Origin: Candidatus Saccharimonadales bacterium
GTDB taxonomy: Bacteria; Patescibacteriota; Saccharimonadia; Saccharimonadales; JAUPVS01
Length of the DNA: 26,966 nucleotides
Direction of reading: 5' to 3'
Assembly (NCBI GenBank): GCA_039935435.1
Contig: JBDTKG010000102.1
Coordinates: 1-26,966 of the forward strand
The first letter of the stretch is position 1. Each line of letters starts with the position of its first letter. The notes below the pieces were generated by a model, which was given only the letters and a program-made list of their open reading frames with translations, was not told the origin of the DNA and made no database searches. Shown here piece after piece: positions 16,506-26,229 of the stretch. The position numbers and the translations under genes are program-made.

Positions 16506-17003
16506 ATGGCATCAAATCGTCACCTCGGTCGAATCGTCGCACTCCAGACTCTGTACGAACAAGAGTTTCGTCTAAGTTGTGGCGACAAATTGTTCGACCT
16601 AGACCAGGTGTTAGACCGTAACATCTCGCGTTATCGTGACACCATCGACGACCGCAGCTTCATCGTTAAATTAGTCAAAGGGGTGACTAAGGAGCAGGAC
16701 GAATTAGATGCTGTTTTGCAGCCGATTGCCCCGGAGTGGCCGATTGACCAGATTGCGCGCATGGATCGTTTGGTGCTGCGAATTGGCCTATACGAATTAC
16801 TGCACGAACCGGCCGTGCCACCAAAGGTAGTTATTAACGAAGCTGTTGAGCTGTCCAAAGCTTTTGGCGGCGATAATTCGTCCAAATTCATAAACGGCGT
16901 TCTAGGCACTGTGCTTCGCAATCAACAACCAGAAGTAGCCGACAAGCCGCTCCCAGAAAAGACTTCAAAAGAATCAGATAAGGTATCAGAAAATGGTAAA
17001 TAG
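16506..17003 (+). CDS. nusB: Transcription antitermination factor NusB
   Basis: ALQTLYE, DRLVLRIGLYEL, VVINEAVELSK and FINGVLG motifs. Confidence 0.95.
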   Translation: MASNRHLGRIVALQTLYEQEFRLSCGDKLFDLDQVLDRNISRYRDTIDDRSFIVKLVKGVTKEQDELDAVLQPIAPEWPIDQIARMDRLVLRIGLYELLHEPAVPPKVVINEAVELSKAFGGDNSSKFINGVLGTVLRNQQPEVADKPLPEKTSKESDKVSENGK

Positions 17004-17493
17004 ACCCAAACCAATTAAGGGCTTTCGTAAGTTTGTTAACAAACATACGCCGGCCATCAAAGAAGTTGTCCGCGAGCCAACCGCCGGCGGCATTATTTTT
17101 CGCCGTAATCCTCAAAAGCAGCTAGAAATTTTAATGATTCAAGATGCCAAGGACCGCTGGACAATACCTAAAGGCCACATTGAGCCCGGTGAAGCCGCCA
17201 AGCACACTGCCGCCCGCGAGATCACCGAAGAAACCGGCCTTAAAGAAATGAAGGTGTTGGATTGGCTGGGAAAGATTAACTTTCGTTACCGCCGCCAGCA
17301 ACGACTGGTCCTAATGACTACAGAAATATTTTTGGTTAAGGCTCTGGGCGACAGCGACGACCTCAATCCCGAGGAGTGGATTCACGGCATTAAATGGTTC
17401 TCTACTAAAGAGGCCTTGGACAAGATCGAGTACGAGGACATTGGCAAACTTATATTGTTGGGATTAGCCAAAATCCGTGAGGCTGGACTATAG
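16993..17493 (+). CDS. NUDIX hydrolase
   Basis: Nudix box KGHIEPGE...AAREITEETGL. Confidence 0.92.
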   Translation: MVNRPKPIKGFRKFVNKHTPAIKEVVREPTAGGIIFRRNPQKQLEILMIQDAKDRWTIPKGHIEPGEAAKHTAAREITEETGLKEMKVLDWLGKINFRYRRQQRLVLMTTEIFLVKALGDSDDLNPEEWIHGIKWFSTKEALDKIEYEDIGKLILLGLAKIREAGL

Positions 17494-17496
17494 ATT

Positions 17497-18198
17497 ATGC
17501 AAGACAATAGCGAGTACAAAAATTTTGCAGAGCAAACCCTAAAAGTAACTTTTGCGGAACCTCAATTGCTGGTAACGGCTTTTACACACCGCTCCTATGT
17601 TAATGAGCACAAAAAAACCGTTAATGAGCACAACGAACGCCTGGAGTTTTTAGGCGATGCCGTGCTAGAGCTGGTAGTGACAGATTACCTCTATAACAAC
17701 TACGTCGACCCAGAAGGCATTTTGACAAATTGGCGCAGTAGTTTAGTGCGCACCGAAAGCATCAGTGCTGCCGCTAAGAACCATGACTTCGAACCGTTGC
17801 TACGTTTAAGCCGCGGCGAGCGGCGGGGCACCGAACGGGCTCGGGCTCAGATTTTGGCCAACTGTTACGAGGCAGTAGTCGGCGCCCTGTATCTCGACCA
17901 AGGCTACCAAGCGGCCAGCGACTTTATCCACGCCAGTCTTATTACAACCTTTGCCGACATTTTGGCCACTGGCTCCTGGATGGATCCTAAATCGCATTTT
18001 CAAGAGATGGCTCAAAGTCACGATGGTCACACGCCCATCTACAAAGTGATTAGCGAAGAAGGCCCAGATCACGACAAAGTCTTTACGGTTGGGGTTTATG
18101 TTGGTGGTAAGCTGCAAGGCAAAGGCAATGGACCCAGCAAGCAGGCCGGTCAACAAGCAGCCGCGCAAAAAGCCCTGCAAAAGTACAATCAGGACTAA
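17497..18198 (+). CDS. rnc: Ribonuclease III
   Basis: HNERLEFLGDAVL signature and C-terminal dsRBD (GPDHDKVF). Confidence 0.97.
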   Translation: MQDNSEYKNFAEQTLKVTFAEPQLLVTAFTHRSYVNEHKKTVNEHNERLEFLGDAVLELVVTDYLYNNYVDPEGILTNWRSSLVRTESISAAAKNHDFEPLLRLSRGERRGTERARAQILANCYEAVVGALYLDQGYQAASDFIHASLITTFADILATGSWMDPKSHFQEMAQSHDGHTPIYKVISEEGPDHDKVFTVGVYVGGKLQGKGNGPSKQAGQQAAAQKALQKYNQD

Positions 18199-18237
18199 CG
18201 GCCACTTCTAGCTGGATGTGCCAACCGGTGGCTTAAG

Positions 18238-18266
18238 TTGACAACAGGGGCGGTAATCTGTAGAAT
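18238..18266 (+). promoter_or_regulatory. Promoter of rpsP
   Basis: TTGACA-17 nt-TAGAAT. Confidence 0.8.
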
Positions 18267-18316
18267 AGGTTAGATTGTTCGAGTTTAATAATAACAAGAA
18301 AGTGAGCGCTTAACAG

Positions 18317-18751
18317 ATGTTAGCTATTCGTTTGCAACGAACCGGCCGCAAAGGCCATGCGCAGTTCCGTATAGTTGTACAGGACTCGCGGCGGTCTCCC
18401 ACCAGTGGACGTTTTGTCTTCCTATTGGGTAATTACGACCCGCACAGCAAAGCCCTTAACCTTAACAAGGAAAAGGCTGAATATTACTTAGCTAACGGCG
18501 CCCGTCCATCTGACAGGGTAGCGCGCTTACTAAAAAACGAAGGCATCAAGTTGCCCAGTTGGGTTCAGCTAGAGGTCAAGCAGTCTGCTAAGATCCGCAA
18601 CCCCGAAAAACTGCGCAAAAATCAACCAGCTAAACCAGTCGAGGAGCCAGTCGTTGAACCTGCTGCCGAACCAACTGTTGAAGCGCCAGCCGAAGTTGTA
18701 GAGACTCCAGCCGAAGCAGAGCCGACTCCTAAAGAAGAGCCAGCCGAGTAG
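18317..18751 (+). CDS. rpsP: 30S ribosomal protein bS16 with Pro/Glu/Ala-rich tail
   Basis: MLAIRLQRTGRK, IVVQDSRR and LGNYDP motifs. Confidence 0.97.
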   Translation: MLAIRLQRTGRKGHAQFRIVVQDSRRSPTSGRFVFLLGNYDPHSKALNLNKEKAEYYLANGARPSDRVARLLKNEGIKLPSWVQLEVKQSAKIRNPEKLRKNQPAKPVEEPVVEPAAEPTVEAPAEVVETPAEAEPTPKEEPAE

Positions 18752-18801
18752 TTGCAGCCTGGGCTATAATATAAGTACATCAGCTAAGGGAGGATTTCTG
18801 G

Positions 18802-19287
18802 ATGAGTAGCAATATTGATGAACAATTTGTAGAGTATGTAGTTAAGTCATTGGTCGGCAACCCGGACGCCGTTTCGGTGGTTCGAACTGTCGACGACCGG
18901 GGTGTTCTGCTTGAGCTAACCGTTGACCCGGAAGATCTGGGACGCGTTATTGGCAAGCGCGGCGCTACTGCTCAGAGTTTGCGAACTTTGCTGCGAGCCC
19001 TCGGTACCAAAAACGACTCACGTTACAACCTAAAAATTGTTGATAACGGACCAGAACGTCCAGAACGAACCGAGCACCAAGACAACAAGGACCACCAAGA
19101 ACGTCCAACCCGAGCAGCGCCAGATCCTAAACCGTCCAATCATCAGTCAGCCAGCGACCAGCCAGCACAAGACGTGCAGCTAGATGATGATGACGAAACG
19201 GCCGCTCAGATGGCAGAAGACGATACCAGCGACCTAGTTAGCAAGACTCGTAAAGAACTAGAAGAGTTTGACGATCTAGACCTCTAA
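18802..19287 (+). CDS. khpA: KH-domain RNA-binding protein KhpA with long acidic tail
   Basis: DLGRVIGKRG KH motif, located after rpsP. Confidence 0.9.
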   Translation: MSSNIDEQFVEYVVKSLVGNPDAVSVVRTVDDRGVLLELTVDPEDLGRVIGKRGATAQSLRTLLRALGTKNDSRYNLKIVDNGPERPERTEHQDNKDHQERPTRAAPDPKPSNHQSASDQPAQDVQLDDDDETAAQMAEDDTSDLVSKTRKELEEFDDLDL

Positions 19288-19310
19288 GCGATCGGTTGCT
19301 GCGAGCCATT

Positions 19311-19988
19311 ATGAAAATTAACATTATCAGCTTGTTTCCGGAGATGTTTCCAGCTGTCTTGAACGCTAGTATGCTTTGGAAGGCTCAGGAGCAAAAAGCC
19401 GTTGAGTTTAGTTATACCAATCTGCGTGATTTTGGCTTAGGGCCGCGGCATCAGGTAGATGACACGCCTTATGGCGGCGGCGATGGCATGCTTCTGAAGC
19501 CAGAGCCGATAGTAGCGGCTATTGAACAAGCCAAAAATATACTACCAACGGCCAAGGTTATTTTGGCAACGCCCCGCGGCCAGCTTTATAAGCAGTCGTC
19601 CGCCAAACAGTTGGCTGCCGCCCAGCAAGATTTAATTTTTGTTTGTGCTCGTTACGAAGGCTACGACGAACGGATTACGGACTACGTCGACCAGCAGTTT
19701 TGTTTGGGCAACTATGTGCTGACGGGCGGCGAACTACCCACCATGACCATGATCGACAGCATTGTTCGGTTAATACCGGGCGTCTTAGGCGGCGAAACCT
19801 CAGCTCAAAATGAATCTTTCCAGGGCGATGATCAAGCTATTGAGTATCCGCAGTATACCCGCCCCGAAGAGTTTAGAGGCCAAAAGGTGCCCGATGTATT
19901 ATTGAGCGGCCACCATGCTCAAATTGAAAGCTGGCGTACTGCGCAGTGGCAGACTGCCGGGCAGTCAAGAGCAGGAGAGGATAAATAA
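19311..19988 (+). CDS. trmD: tRNA (guanine-N1)-methyltransferase TrmD; start reassigned to ATG 19311
   Basis: DDTPYGGGDGM, CARYEGYDER, YVLTGGE and YPQYTRP motifs. Confidence 0.97.
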   Translation: MKINIISLFPEMFPAVLNASMLWKAQEQKAVEFSYTNLRDFGLGPRHQVDDTPYGGGDGMLLKPEPIVAAIEQAKNILPTAKVILATPRGQLYKQSSAKQLAAAQQDLIFVCARYEGYDERITDYVDQQFCLGNYVLTGGELPTMTMIDSIVRLIPGVLGGETSAQNESFQGDDQAIEYPQYTRPEEFRGQKVPDVLLSGHHAQIESWRTAQWQTAGQSRAGEDK

Positions 19989-19991
19989 CTA

Positions 19992-20687
19992 ATGGGCGAG
20001 GTTATCGACCTTTTCACCAAGAAGTCTATCGAAGAACCCGTTTTTACGATTCCTTTTGCCGAAGACTCGACAATTATCTCAAGGCCTCATGAGCCAATCA
20101 GTTCGGCTGAATTTGCCCAAGAAGCTCGCCGCCGGAAGACAATGCAACTATCAATCGACGGCATAACAGCCGCTTATCGTCTGGCAAAACCTAAGCGTTT
20201 GCCAGTTCGGCTGATAATTGTCGAGGATCCCAAATTTGAACAGGTGCAGGCGGTGGCTGGCTCGGGGCTTAAAACCCCAACTCAAGTGGCTGTGCCGGTT
20301 TCTTTCCCCCAAGTATTACATGATGATGGCTATTTGGGGCGTCAAGAAGCGATGCTATTGGCGGCCAGTTACTCATATGCTTACGGAACGTTAGTAGACG
20401 GGGTGCGCAATAGTCGATCCGACCGGGGCGTGAGGGCTAGCAACAAAGCTTTTCAGCCAGAATGTTGGCAACCAGCCGAGGCCTTTTTAGGCAACCGAGC
20501 CGTTATTGTGCCCCGGGTGGCTGCTGCTGTTGCCTTGGACTTGTGCGGCATCGATGAGCCGGTGATGTTGCATCACGAGCATTCGGCGCAGCCGTCTCAA
20601 TTAGCGGCTCTCCAAAATCCAGCCGTACCGAACGATGTATCAGCCTTTCATGAAATTGTTCAAGCGGCGTTCCAACGCCGTTTTTGA
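19992..20687 (+). CDS. Hypothetical protein
   Basis: 231-aa ORF 3 nt after trmD with a GGAG SD. No recognised motif. Confidence 0.65.
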   Translation: MGEVIDLFTKKSIEEPVFTIPFAEDSTIISRPHEPISSAEFAQEARRRKTMQLSIDGITAAYRLAKPKRLPVRLIIVEDPKFEQVQAVAGSGLKTPTQVAVPVSFPQVLHDDGYLGRQEAMLLAASYSYAYGTLVDGVRNSRSDRGVRASNKAFQPECWQPAEAFLGNRAVIVPRVAAAVALDLCGIDEPVMLHHEHSAQPSQLAALQNPAVPNDVSAFHEIVQAAFQRRF

Positions 20688-20694
20688 GAGCCGG

Positions 20695-21492
20695 TTAGTC
20701 GCGTTGCAGATCGCGGTGCTGAAAAACTAGGGCACCGGCCGAAGCCAACACTAGAATAGTCACTACCATAACAGCTAAGTTGGTGGTTCGCAGTCCGTGT
20801 AAAGCAACCGTAGGTTTGTCGTAGTAGTAAAAAACGGTAAACTTTTGGGCAGCTGCTAATTTGTGAACGGCCGGAGCCATGGAACTGACTAGATAGCTCG
20901 CAAAAGCCACAATACTGGCCAGCCCAATTGTTAAGCTGCGTTTGCCGCTGATGGCGCCAACGGCATAAGTCAGTGCTCCAAAGACCATGGTCAGTAGCCA
21001 GCAGGCCAGGCAGGCCTGTAGCAGACGGCTAATCGACATTGAGCCATGGATGGTTGGAAAGCTTAACCAGACGCCAAGGCCGATAGCTAGGCAGGCTAAT
21101 CCGGTGATGAGGCATCCAGCCCAAAACCTCTGCCAGTAAACTTGTTGACGCGAAACCGGCTGAGATAATAGCGTTTCTAGGGTGCCACGGTTTTCGTCGC
21201 CAACGCCAATGCCAATATAAAGGACAATTACCATAATGAGCGTTAACATTGGCATGCGCATGGCAAAAATTTGCTCGTCAACGTAGCCCGGCACTGTTTT
21301 ATAGCTTGCCGCCTGACCCAAAAAGCCTTGCAGTGATTTAGGTAGGCCATTTATAACTTGATCGAATCCGGCATTCTTAAAATAGGGAAAGAAGGCCATG
21401 GTCACAAAAGCCATCAGCGCTAGTCCAATGCACCAAGCTAGCAAAAACCAACGTTTGTCGTAAATGGTTTTGGTGAAGACGTTATTTAACAT
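20695..21492 (-). CDS. ABC-2 type exporter permease; start reassigned to ATG 21492
   Basis: About 6 TM segments, GDENRGTLETLLSQPVSR and F.HRDL end motif. Overlaps the ATPase gene. Confidence 0.9.
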   Translation of the reverse strand: MLNNVFTKTIYDKRWFLLAWCIGLALMAFVTMAFFPYFKNAGFDQVINGLPKSLQGFLGQAASYKTVPGYVDEQIFAMRMPMLTLIMVIVLYIGIGVGDENRGTLETLLSQPVSRQQVYWQRFWAGCLITGLACLAIGLGVWLSFPTIHGSMSISRLLQACLACWLLTMVFGALTYAVGAISGKRSLTIGLASIVAFASYLVSSMAPAVHKLAAAQKFTVFYYYDKPTVALHGLRTTNLAVMVVTILVLASAGALVFQHRDLQRD

Positions 21493-22399
21493 GACTAACC
21501 TCCCCAGTGGCCGAAGGGTCCTGATAATAATGCAGGAATAAGTCATCCAGGTCGGCATCCTCGATGGTTAAATCTTTAACCGGTAACTTAGCCAGTGCCT
21601 GCAGTAGGCCACGGTAGTTACCGTTAATCTTACAATTTACTTGGTGGCCATCAATCTGTATGTCGGTCAGTCCGGGCACGCCTTGCAGAGCTTTGTGGCT
21701 GGCCCGGCTTAGGGTTAAGCGCACCTTCTTAAAGGCTTTGGCTTCCAAATCCCGGAGTGGTTGGACGTCGACCAGCTGCCCGTCCCGAATAAAACCAACT
21801 TGATCACACAGCTGCTGAATCTCGCTCAAAACGTGAGAAGAAATAAAGGCTGTTTTTCCGCGCCGCCGGTGGTCTAGGATAACTTGTTGGAACTCGGCTT
21901 GAACTAAAGGGTCTAGGCCGCTAGTTGGCTCATCTAAAATCAGTAAATCTGGATCGTGCATGAGGGCCGCTACCAGTCCTACCTTCTGTTTGTTGCCGCG
22001 TGATAATTGGCTCAGTTTTTTGTCGGTTTGACAGCCAAAGCGGTCGACCAGTTTTTGGATATTACTCCAGGGCACATCGCCCCGCAAATTGGCACAAAAT
22101 TCTAGGTATTGGCGGCCAGTCAACCGGTGATCCATCTCCATATCACCAGCCAAGTAGCCCACCCGGCGGCGAATATTAATAGCGTCGTGTTTGCTGTCGA
22201 GACCGAGAATATTAATCTTACCGCTGCTGGGACGGATAAAATCTAGTAATAAACGAATGGTAGTTGTCTTACCGGCGCCGTTAGGTCCTAAAAAGCCAAA
22301 AATCTGGCCTTGTTGTACCTCTAAATCTATATCTTGGACGCCGCGGCTCGAACCATACTTTTTGGTGACTTGGTTAAGAGTAATAGCGGGCACGGGCAT
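21482..22399 (-). CDS. ABC transporter ATP-binding protein
   Basis: GPNGAGKTT, LSRGNKQK, LILDEPTSGLDP and SSH motifs. Confidence 0.97.
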   Translation of the reverse strand: MPVPAITLNQVTKKYGSSRGVQDIDLEVQQGQIFGFLGPNGAGKTTTIRLLLDFIRPSSGKINILGLDSKHDAINIRRRVGYLAGDMEMDHRLTGRQYLEFCANLRGDVPWSNIQKLVDRFGCQTDKKLSQLSRGNKQKVGLVAALMHDPDLLILDEPTSGLDPLVQAEFQQVILDHRRRGKTAFISSHVLSEIQQLCDQVGFIRDGQLVDVQPLRDLEAKAFKKVRLTLSRASHKALQGVPGLTDIQIDGHQVNCKINGNYRGLLQALAKLPVKDLTIEDADLDDLFLHYYQDPSATGEVSHVK

Positions 22400-22415
22400 G
22401 CCCTAATTGTAGCAG

Positions 22416-23112
22416 TTAGTAAGTACTTTGCCACAAAGTCATTTGGCGACGCCAGTAGTGGTTGGCTGTGGCCTCTATTTGGTAACGGCCAAAAAGCCAG
22501 CTGACAAGTCCATACCCTACCAATGCGTAAACAATGCCGGCGATCTCGTCGATGGCGTAATGCTCACCCATGTAAACTGTGCCAAAGAAGATCAGGAACG
22601 GATAAATAGCCGCCACAAGGGCCCAGCGTTTGCCAAACAGTTTGTAGACAAAGACAAACATCAGTGTGGCATAAGCGGCGTGCAGCGACGGCATAGCCGC
22701 AACTGGGTTAGGAGATAATTTATTGTAGAGCGACGGAAAGTCCTGAATGCCCAGAGCGTACCAGACTTGGCTGGAAATTCGTTGAATTTGTCGATATAGC
22801 CATTTTGGGCAGGCTACCAAAGAGCCACTTGTCGGCGTGGATCATCCAAACATATTCGACTCGGCTGTTGAGCCCTGGCACCAGACTGCGGAATGAATCA
22901 TAACCTAGTAGCAGCACTACAAAGGGCAGCAGGTGCTTAAGCATTTCTTTGGCTTGGCCAAAAATCATAAAAACAAAAGTAGCCAGTACGATCAGAATAT
23001 CGGGCGTCGGAAAGTTAGGGTCACGGATAAAAGACTCTATTACGTAAACAGCGCCAATTATGCCAATTAACTTAAATATATAAGGCTTGATGTTGCTCAT
23101 GCGTCTGTCCAT
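22416..23112 (-). pseudogene. PAP2/IPC-synthase-like membrane protein gene, frameshifted and probably internally deleted
   Basis: The N-half (to WLFGSLP) and C-half (AAMPSLH, GEHYAID) are in different frames with a junction near 22785-22812. The APPW-type segment expected between them is missing. Confidence 0.75.
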
Positions 23113-23270
23113 AATTTAAAAATCCAGCGGCTAAGCGTCTCGGTCTAGTATAGCCTGGGCATACTGGATCGGCTACCCGTTTCTTCATATTTCACTAAGC
23201 ATATGGATTCATCAGCACGTGTCGTATACTAGTGACATAAAAGAACGCAGCACATATAGAGGCAGATAAT

Positions 23271-23903
23271 ATGGACTACACAAAATATAAAAATCTCGAG
23301 TTCAGACGTAAGTATTTCGCCTTTGTTCCACAAATTACAATTACCGATCCTAGCACCAAGACGGTCGTTGGATTCATTAAGATGAAGATGTGGAGTATCA
23401 AGGGAGATATACGTGTTTATACAGACAAAACGATGCAGCAGGAGATTGTTCGCATAGGCGGGCGCCAGATGGTTAGCTTAAAGAAAATCTACAATATTTT
23501 TGATAGTACTACGGGCGCAGAGCTTATATCTATTCGCCAGAACAGCCTGAAGTCTCTATTCGTTCGCAACCATATGGATATTGTCTCGGGTGACAACAGG
23601 CCGTATGGCTATATTCAAGAAACTAGTAGCAGTCTGGCTTTATTTAGGCGTTGGATAGAAGTTATACCGTATCTTGGGGCACTGATTGGCTTGTTCCTGG
23701 CATTCGTCCCTCAAACATTTGAAATTATGTACGATCCACAGGGGTCTAGTCCGCAATTAGTAGGAAGAATCGTCCATAAAAAGAACCCGGTGGTAGTTAA
23801 AATGTCGCTTGATACCACTATGGCACAGGTTGCTCTAGACCCTAGAGTTTGCGTCTCGGCCGTTTCTCTGCTCAGCATTTTGGACGCCTCGAAAAATAAA
23901 TAA
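23271..23903 (+). CDS. Hypothetical protein, LURP-one/scramblase-like
   Basis: Repeated beta-strand pattern (FRRK.F, DIRVYTD, YNIFDS, PQTFEI). The family call is tentative. Confidence 0.5.
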   Translation: MDYTKYKNLEFRRKYFAFVPQITITDPSTKTVVGFIKMKMWSIKGDIRVYTDKTMQQEIVRIGGRQMVSLKKIYNIFDSTTGAELISIRQNSLKSLFVRNHMDIVSGDNRPYGYIQETSSSLALFRRWIEVIPYLGALIGLFLAFVPQTFEIMYDPQGSSPQLVGRIVHKKNPVVVKMSLDTTMAQVALDPRVCVSAVSLLSILDASKNK

Positions 23904-23995
23904 GGCCAGCGCTTACTCCGCCAGAGTTATGCTTCGAACTAGAATATGAGACTATCGTGTTGCCGTTACCTGTGTTATATCGTATAATATAGTTT

Positions 23996-25156
23996 ATGAC
24001 TAGTGAGCAATCGGAGCTTGAACCCCAGTTAATTGAACGTGTAATTCTTTCGCGTGATCAGTATGAACCGGGAACTTATGGCTATGAACTTTTTCCAGAA
24101 ATTCTGGAAGGACGTTCGCGGCCCAGCGACTGGGCCGACCAAAATTTGTATTTAGGTGAGAAAGCCAGAGATGTTGCCGCTTCGTACGGAGTAAACACTG
24201 CTGCCGACATAATGCGCCTACCCACAAGCACCTTCGACGAACACGTTAGGCACAAGCATCACATCAACAAAAAACTCAATAATACATTGGAAGTAATTAC
24301 TGCTCGCAACGTTCTTACACCCGAAGCTCGATTGCTTCGCGCGACGTTGGGCGCCGCGCAAGGCCCAGTTGAAGCGGAAGACGAACCACTACTTAGAAGT
24401 GCTGTAACCCAAAGCATCCAGCAGCTCGACGTTCAGGGTTGGAAGATTAACCCCCGGGCTAAAAAGATATTAAACTTAAGATTCGGGCTAGAAGATAACC
24501 AGCCTATGACCCTGAAACAGGTGGGGCAAGAACTTGGTATTACCCGAGAGCGAGTCCGGCAAATTGAGTCCCGAACACTGGCAATTTTACGTCACTCTTC
24601 AAGTGCTGATACACTGAAGCCTTTCCTAACACTACCGCTGCAAACAGTTGGCCGCGAGATGGGTTGGACTTATCTAAAAGATATACCCGATGTGCCCGGG
24701 CCTATGGTTGATTACTCAGCCGATTTATACGTTGCTCGTAAGTACTCGTCTTTCCACCGAGATCCTAGCCTTAAGGAGGCCCTGAGCATACCATTGTCAA
24801 CAATAAATATAGAGGATCGGCCTGAGTTTTTGGCGACAATGAGAAGGTTCCTCCAGGCCACAAAACAGTATGCTATTTTCGGAGATGTATTTGATGTCGC
24901 TTCGGGCCCAACGAGTCAACAAGCCACTGCTGGCGCACGCAGCTTGCCGATTGAACAGATTGGCCTTCCTGCGGGAGTAACCTATGAATTAAACCGTCGC
25001 GCGCTCCGAACGCTAGGCTCACTGTTGACCATTAGGCGCGATGCAACTGGCCAGATAATTGATTACAGCCCGCCAGTTGGCCAAAAGATTCACTCCCGCG
25101 TCTCGAAAATGCGTTTTATCTTGGATTCCATGCTCGATTCGCTCTCGCAAGAGTAG
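23996..25156 (+). CDS. Protein with an internal sigma70 region-4 HTH and alphaCTD-like segments
   Basis: ILNLRFGLEDNQPMTLKQVGQELGITRERVRQIE at residues ~151-211. No sigma region 2 or 3. Confidence 0.8.
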   Translation: MTSEQSELEPQLIERVILSRDQYEPGTYGYELFPEILEGRSRPSDWADQNLYLGEKARDVAASYGVNTAADIMRLPTSTFDEHVRHKHHINKKLNNTLEVITARNVLTPEARLLRATLGAAQGPVEAEDEPLLRSAVTQSIQQLDVQGWKINPRAKKILNLRFGLEDNQPMTLKQVGQELGITRERVRQIESRTLAILRHSSSADTLKPFLTLPLQTVGREMGWTYLKDIPDVPGPMVDYSADLYVARKYSSFHRDPSLKEALSIPLSTINIEDRPEFLATMRRFLQATKQYAIFGDVFDVASGPTSQQATAGARSLPIEQIGLPAGVTYELNRRALRTLGSLLTIRRDATGQIIDYSPPVGQKIHSRVSKMRFILDSMLDSLSQE

Positions 25157-25211
25157 AATCAGCACTAATCTCTTAGAGGTCGTCCAGTATTGCCAATGCT
25201 ATAATGTGACC

Positions 25212-25526
25212 ATGGCAAAACAGAAGTCTTTAGATGCAATTAAGGCCGGTTGGGATGGTTTCACTAGGCCTTTAGAGGGGCAGGTCTTCCAGCACTATAA
25301 AGGTGGAAAGTATGAAATCGTGGCTACTGGATTCTTCGAAGATACTGAAGCTCCGTGCGTCGTATACAGGTCTCTTGAGAAGAATATCGTCTGGGTACGG
25401 ACAGCTAGAAACTTTCTTGAAAACATCGAACACGACGGCGCTATACAGCCGCGATTTGCGCCAGTCGGAATGATTATTCCGAGGTCAGACCGTCCTGCAT
25501 ACGAATGGCCTCCAGGGTTGCTATAA
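25212..25526 (+). CDS. DUF1653-family protein; start reassigned to ATG 25212
   Basis: FQHYKGGKYEIV...VVYRSL...VWVR...FLE...RF pattern. TGcTATAAT lies 6 nt before the ATG. Confidence 0.85.
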   Translation: MAKQKSLDAIKAGWDGFTRPLEGQVFQHYKGGKYEIVATGFFEDTEAPCVVYRSLEKNIVWVRTARNFLENIEHDGAIQPRFAPVGMIIPRSDRPAYEWPPGLL

Positions 25527-26229
25527 CCCAATGTTCAATATACTCAAAGTGTGACCGCGGTTTTTTCATTAACTTAGGCGAGTGCCTCGTTTTGGGGACA
25601 ATGATATAATTGCCGTGTTTAGCGGCCGCGAAGTAGTGCTTTGGTACCCTAGATGGGACAACTTCGTCAAGCTCGTGCACTATGATATATACGAAGCCGT
25701 CGTAGTTTTTTACCCCGTCTGTGGCCATACTGTTCACTAATGTATCGTTGGAATCCTTTGTACTCGTCCAGAGGGTACGGTCTTCGCTGCGCATTGTTTC
25801 CTTAGACTTGAGCTCGAACTCGTCATCTGGATAGTTGGCCGGAACTCGCATGACAGCTGCATGTGCAGGTCGTTGGCCGATTAACAGAGCAGCCAGGTAG
25901 CCACCAAAGCTCCCACCAACGACAATTATTTTGTCGTACCCAAGCTTTTTGAGCTCATCAAATACAGCTACAACCTCATCGAATTGCATCTTTCTGGTTG
26001 ATTCGTCTAGTTGTAGTTTGTGCAATCCGTGACCGGCCGGGTCGAGGGTGGCAAAAGTCATTCCGGTTGTCTTTGACATTCGTTCTACCCCTTTGCGATG
26101 TGAGTCCATGGAGCTAGACCAGCCTTGGATCCATAAAACGCAGTATTCTTTGCTCGACTGCTCTGGGATGAATATTCGCCAGGGTACCTGATCTGTGCCT
26201 AGATTTAGAGTGAAGTCTTCTGTTTTCAT
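25474..26229 (-). CDS. Alpha/beta hydrolase; start reassigned to ATG 26229
   Basis: GGSFGG nucleophile elbow, DEVV Asp and TRHS His. TGcTATAGT lies 6 nt before the ATG. Confidence 0.88.
   Translation of the reverse strand: MKTEDFTLNLGTDQVPWRIFIPEQSSKEYCVLWIQGWSSSMDSHRKGVERMSKTTGMTFATLDPAGHGLHKLQLDESTRKMQFDEVVAVFDELKKLGYDKIIVVGGSFGGYLAALLIGQRPAHAAVMRVPANYPDDEFELKSKETMRSEDRTLWTSTKDSNDTLVNSMATDGVKNYDGFVYIIVHELDEVVPSRVPKHYFAAAKHGNYIIVPKTRHSPKLMKKPRSHFEYIEHWVIATLEAIRMQDGLTSE

Noticed and set aside
18640-19200. Short imperfect tandem repeats in the rpsP and khpA tails as CRISPR or VNTR
   Set aside because: These are low-complexity coding sequence with no constant repeat-spacer periodicity. No CRISPR array was seen anywhere in the window.
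22785-22812. Programmed ribosomal frameshift joining the two PAP2 ORFs
   Set aside because: A shift at CCC AAA A would still give a protein missing the conserved central segment. Deletion or pseudogenisation is more likely.
23996-25156. Primary sigma factor rpoD
   Set aside because: Only region 4 is present and it is internal. Regions 1.2, 2 and 3 are missing.
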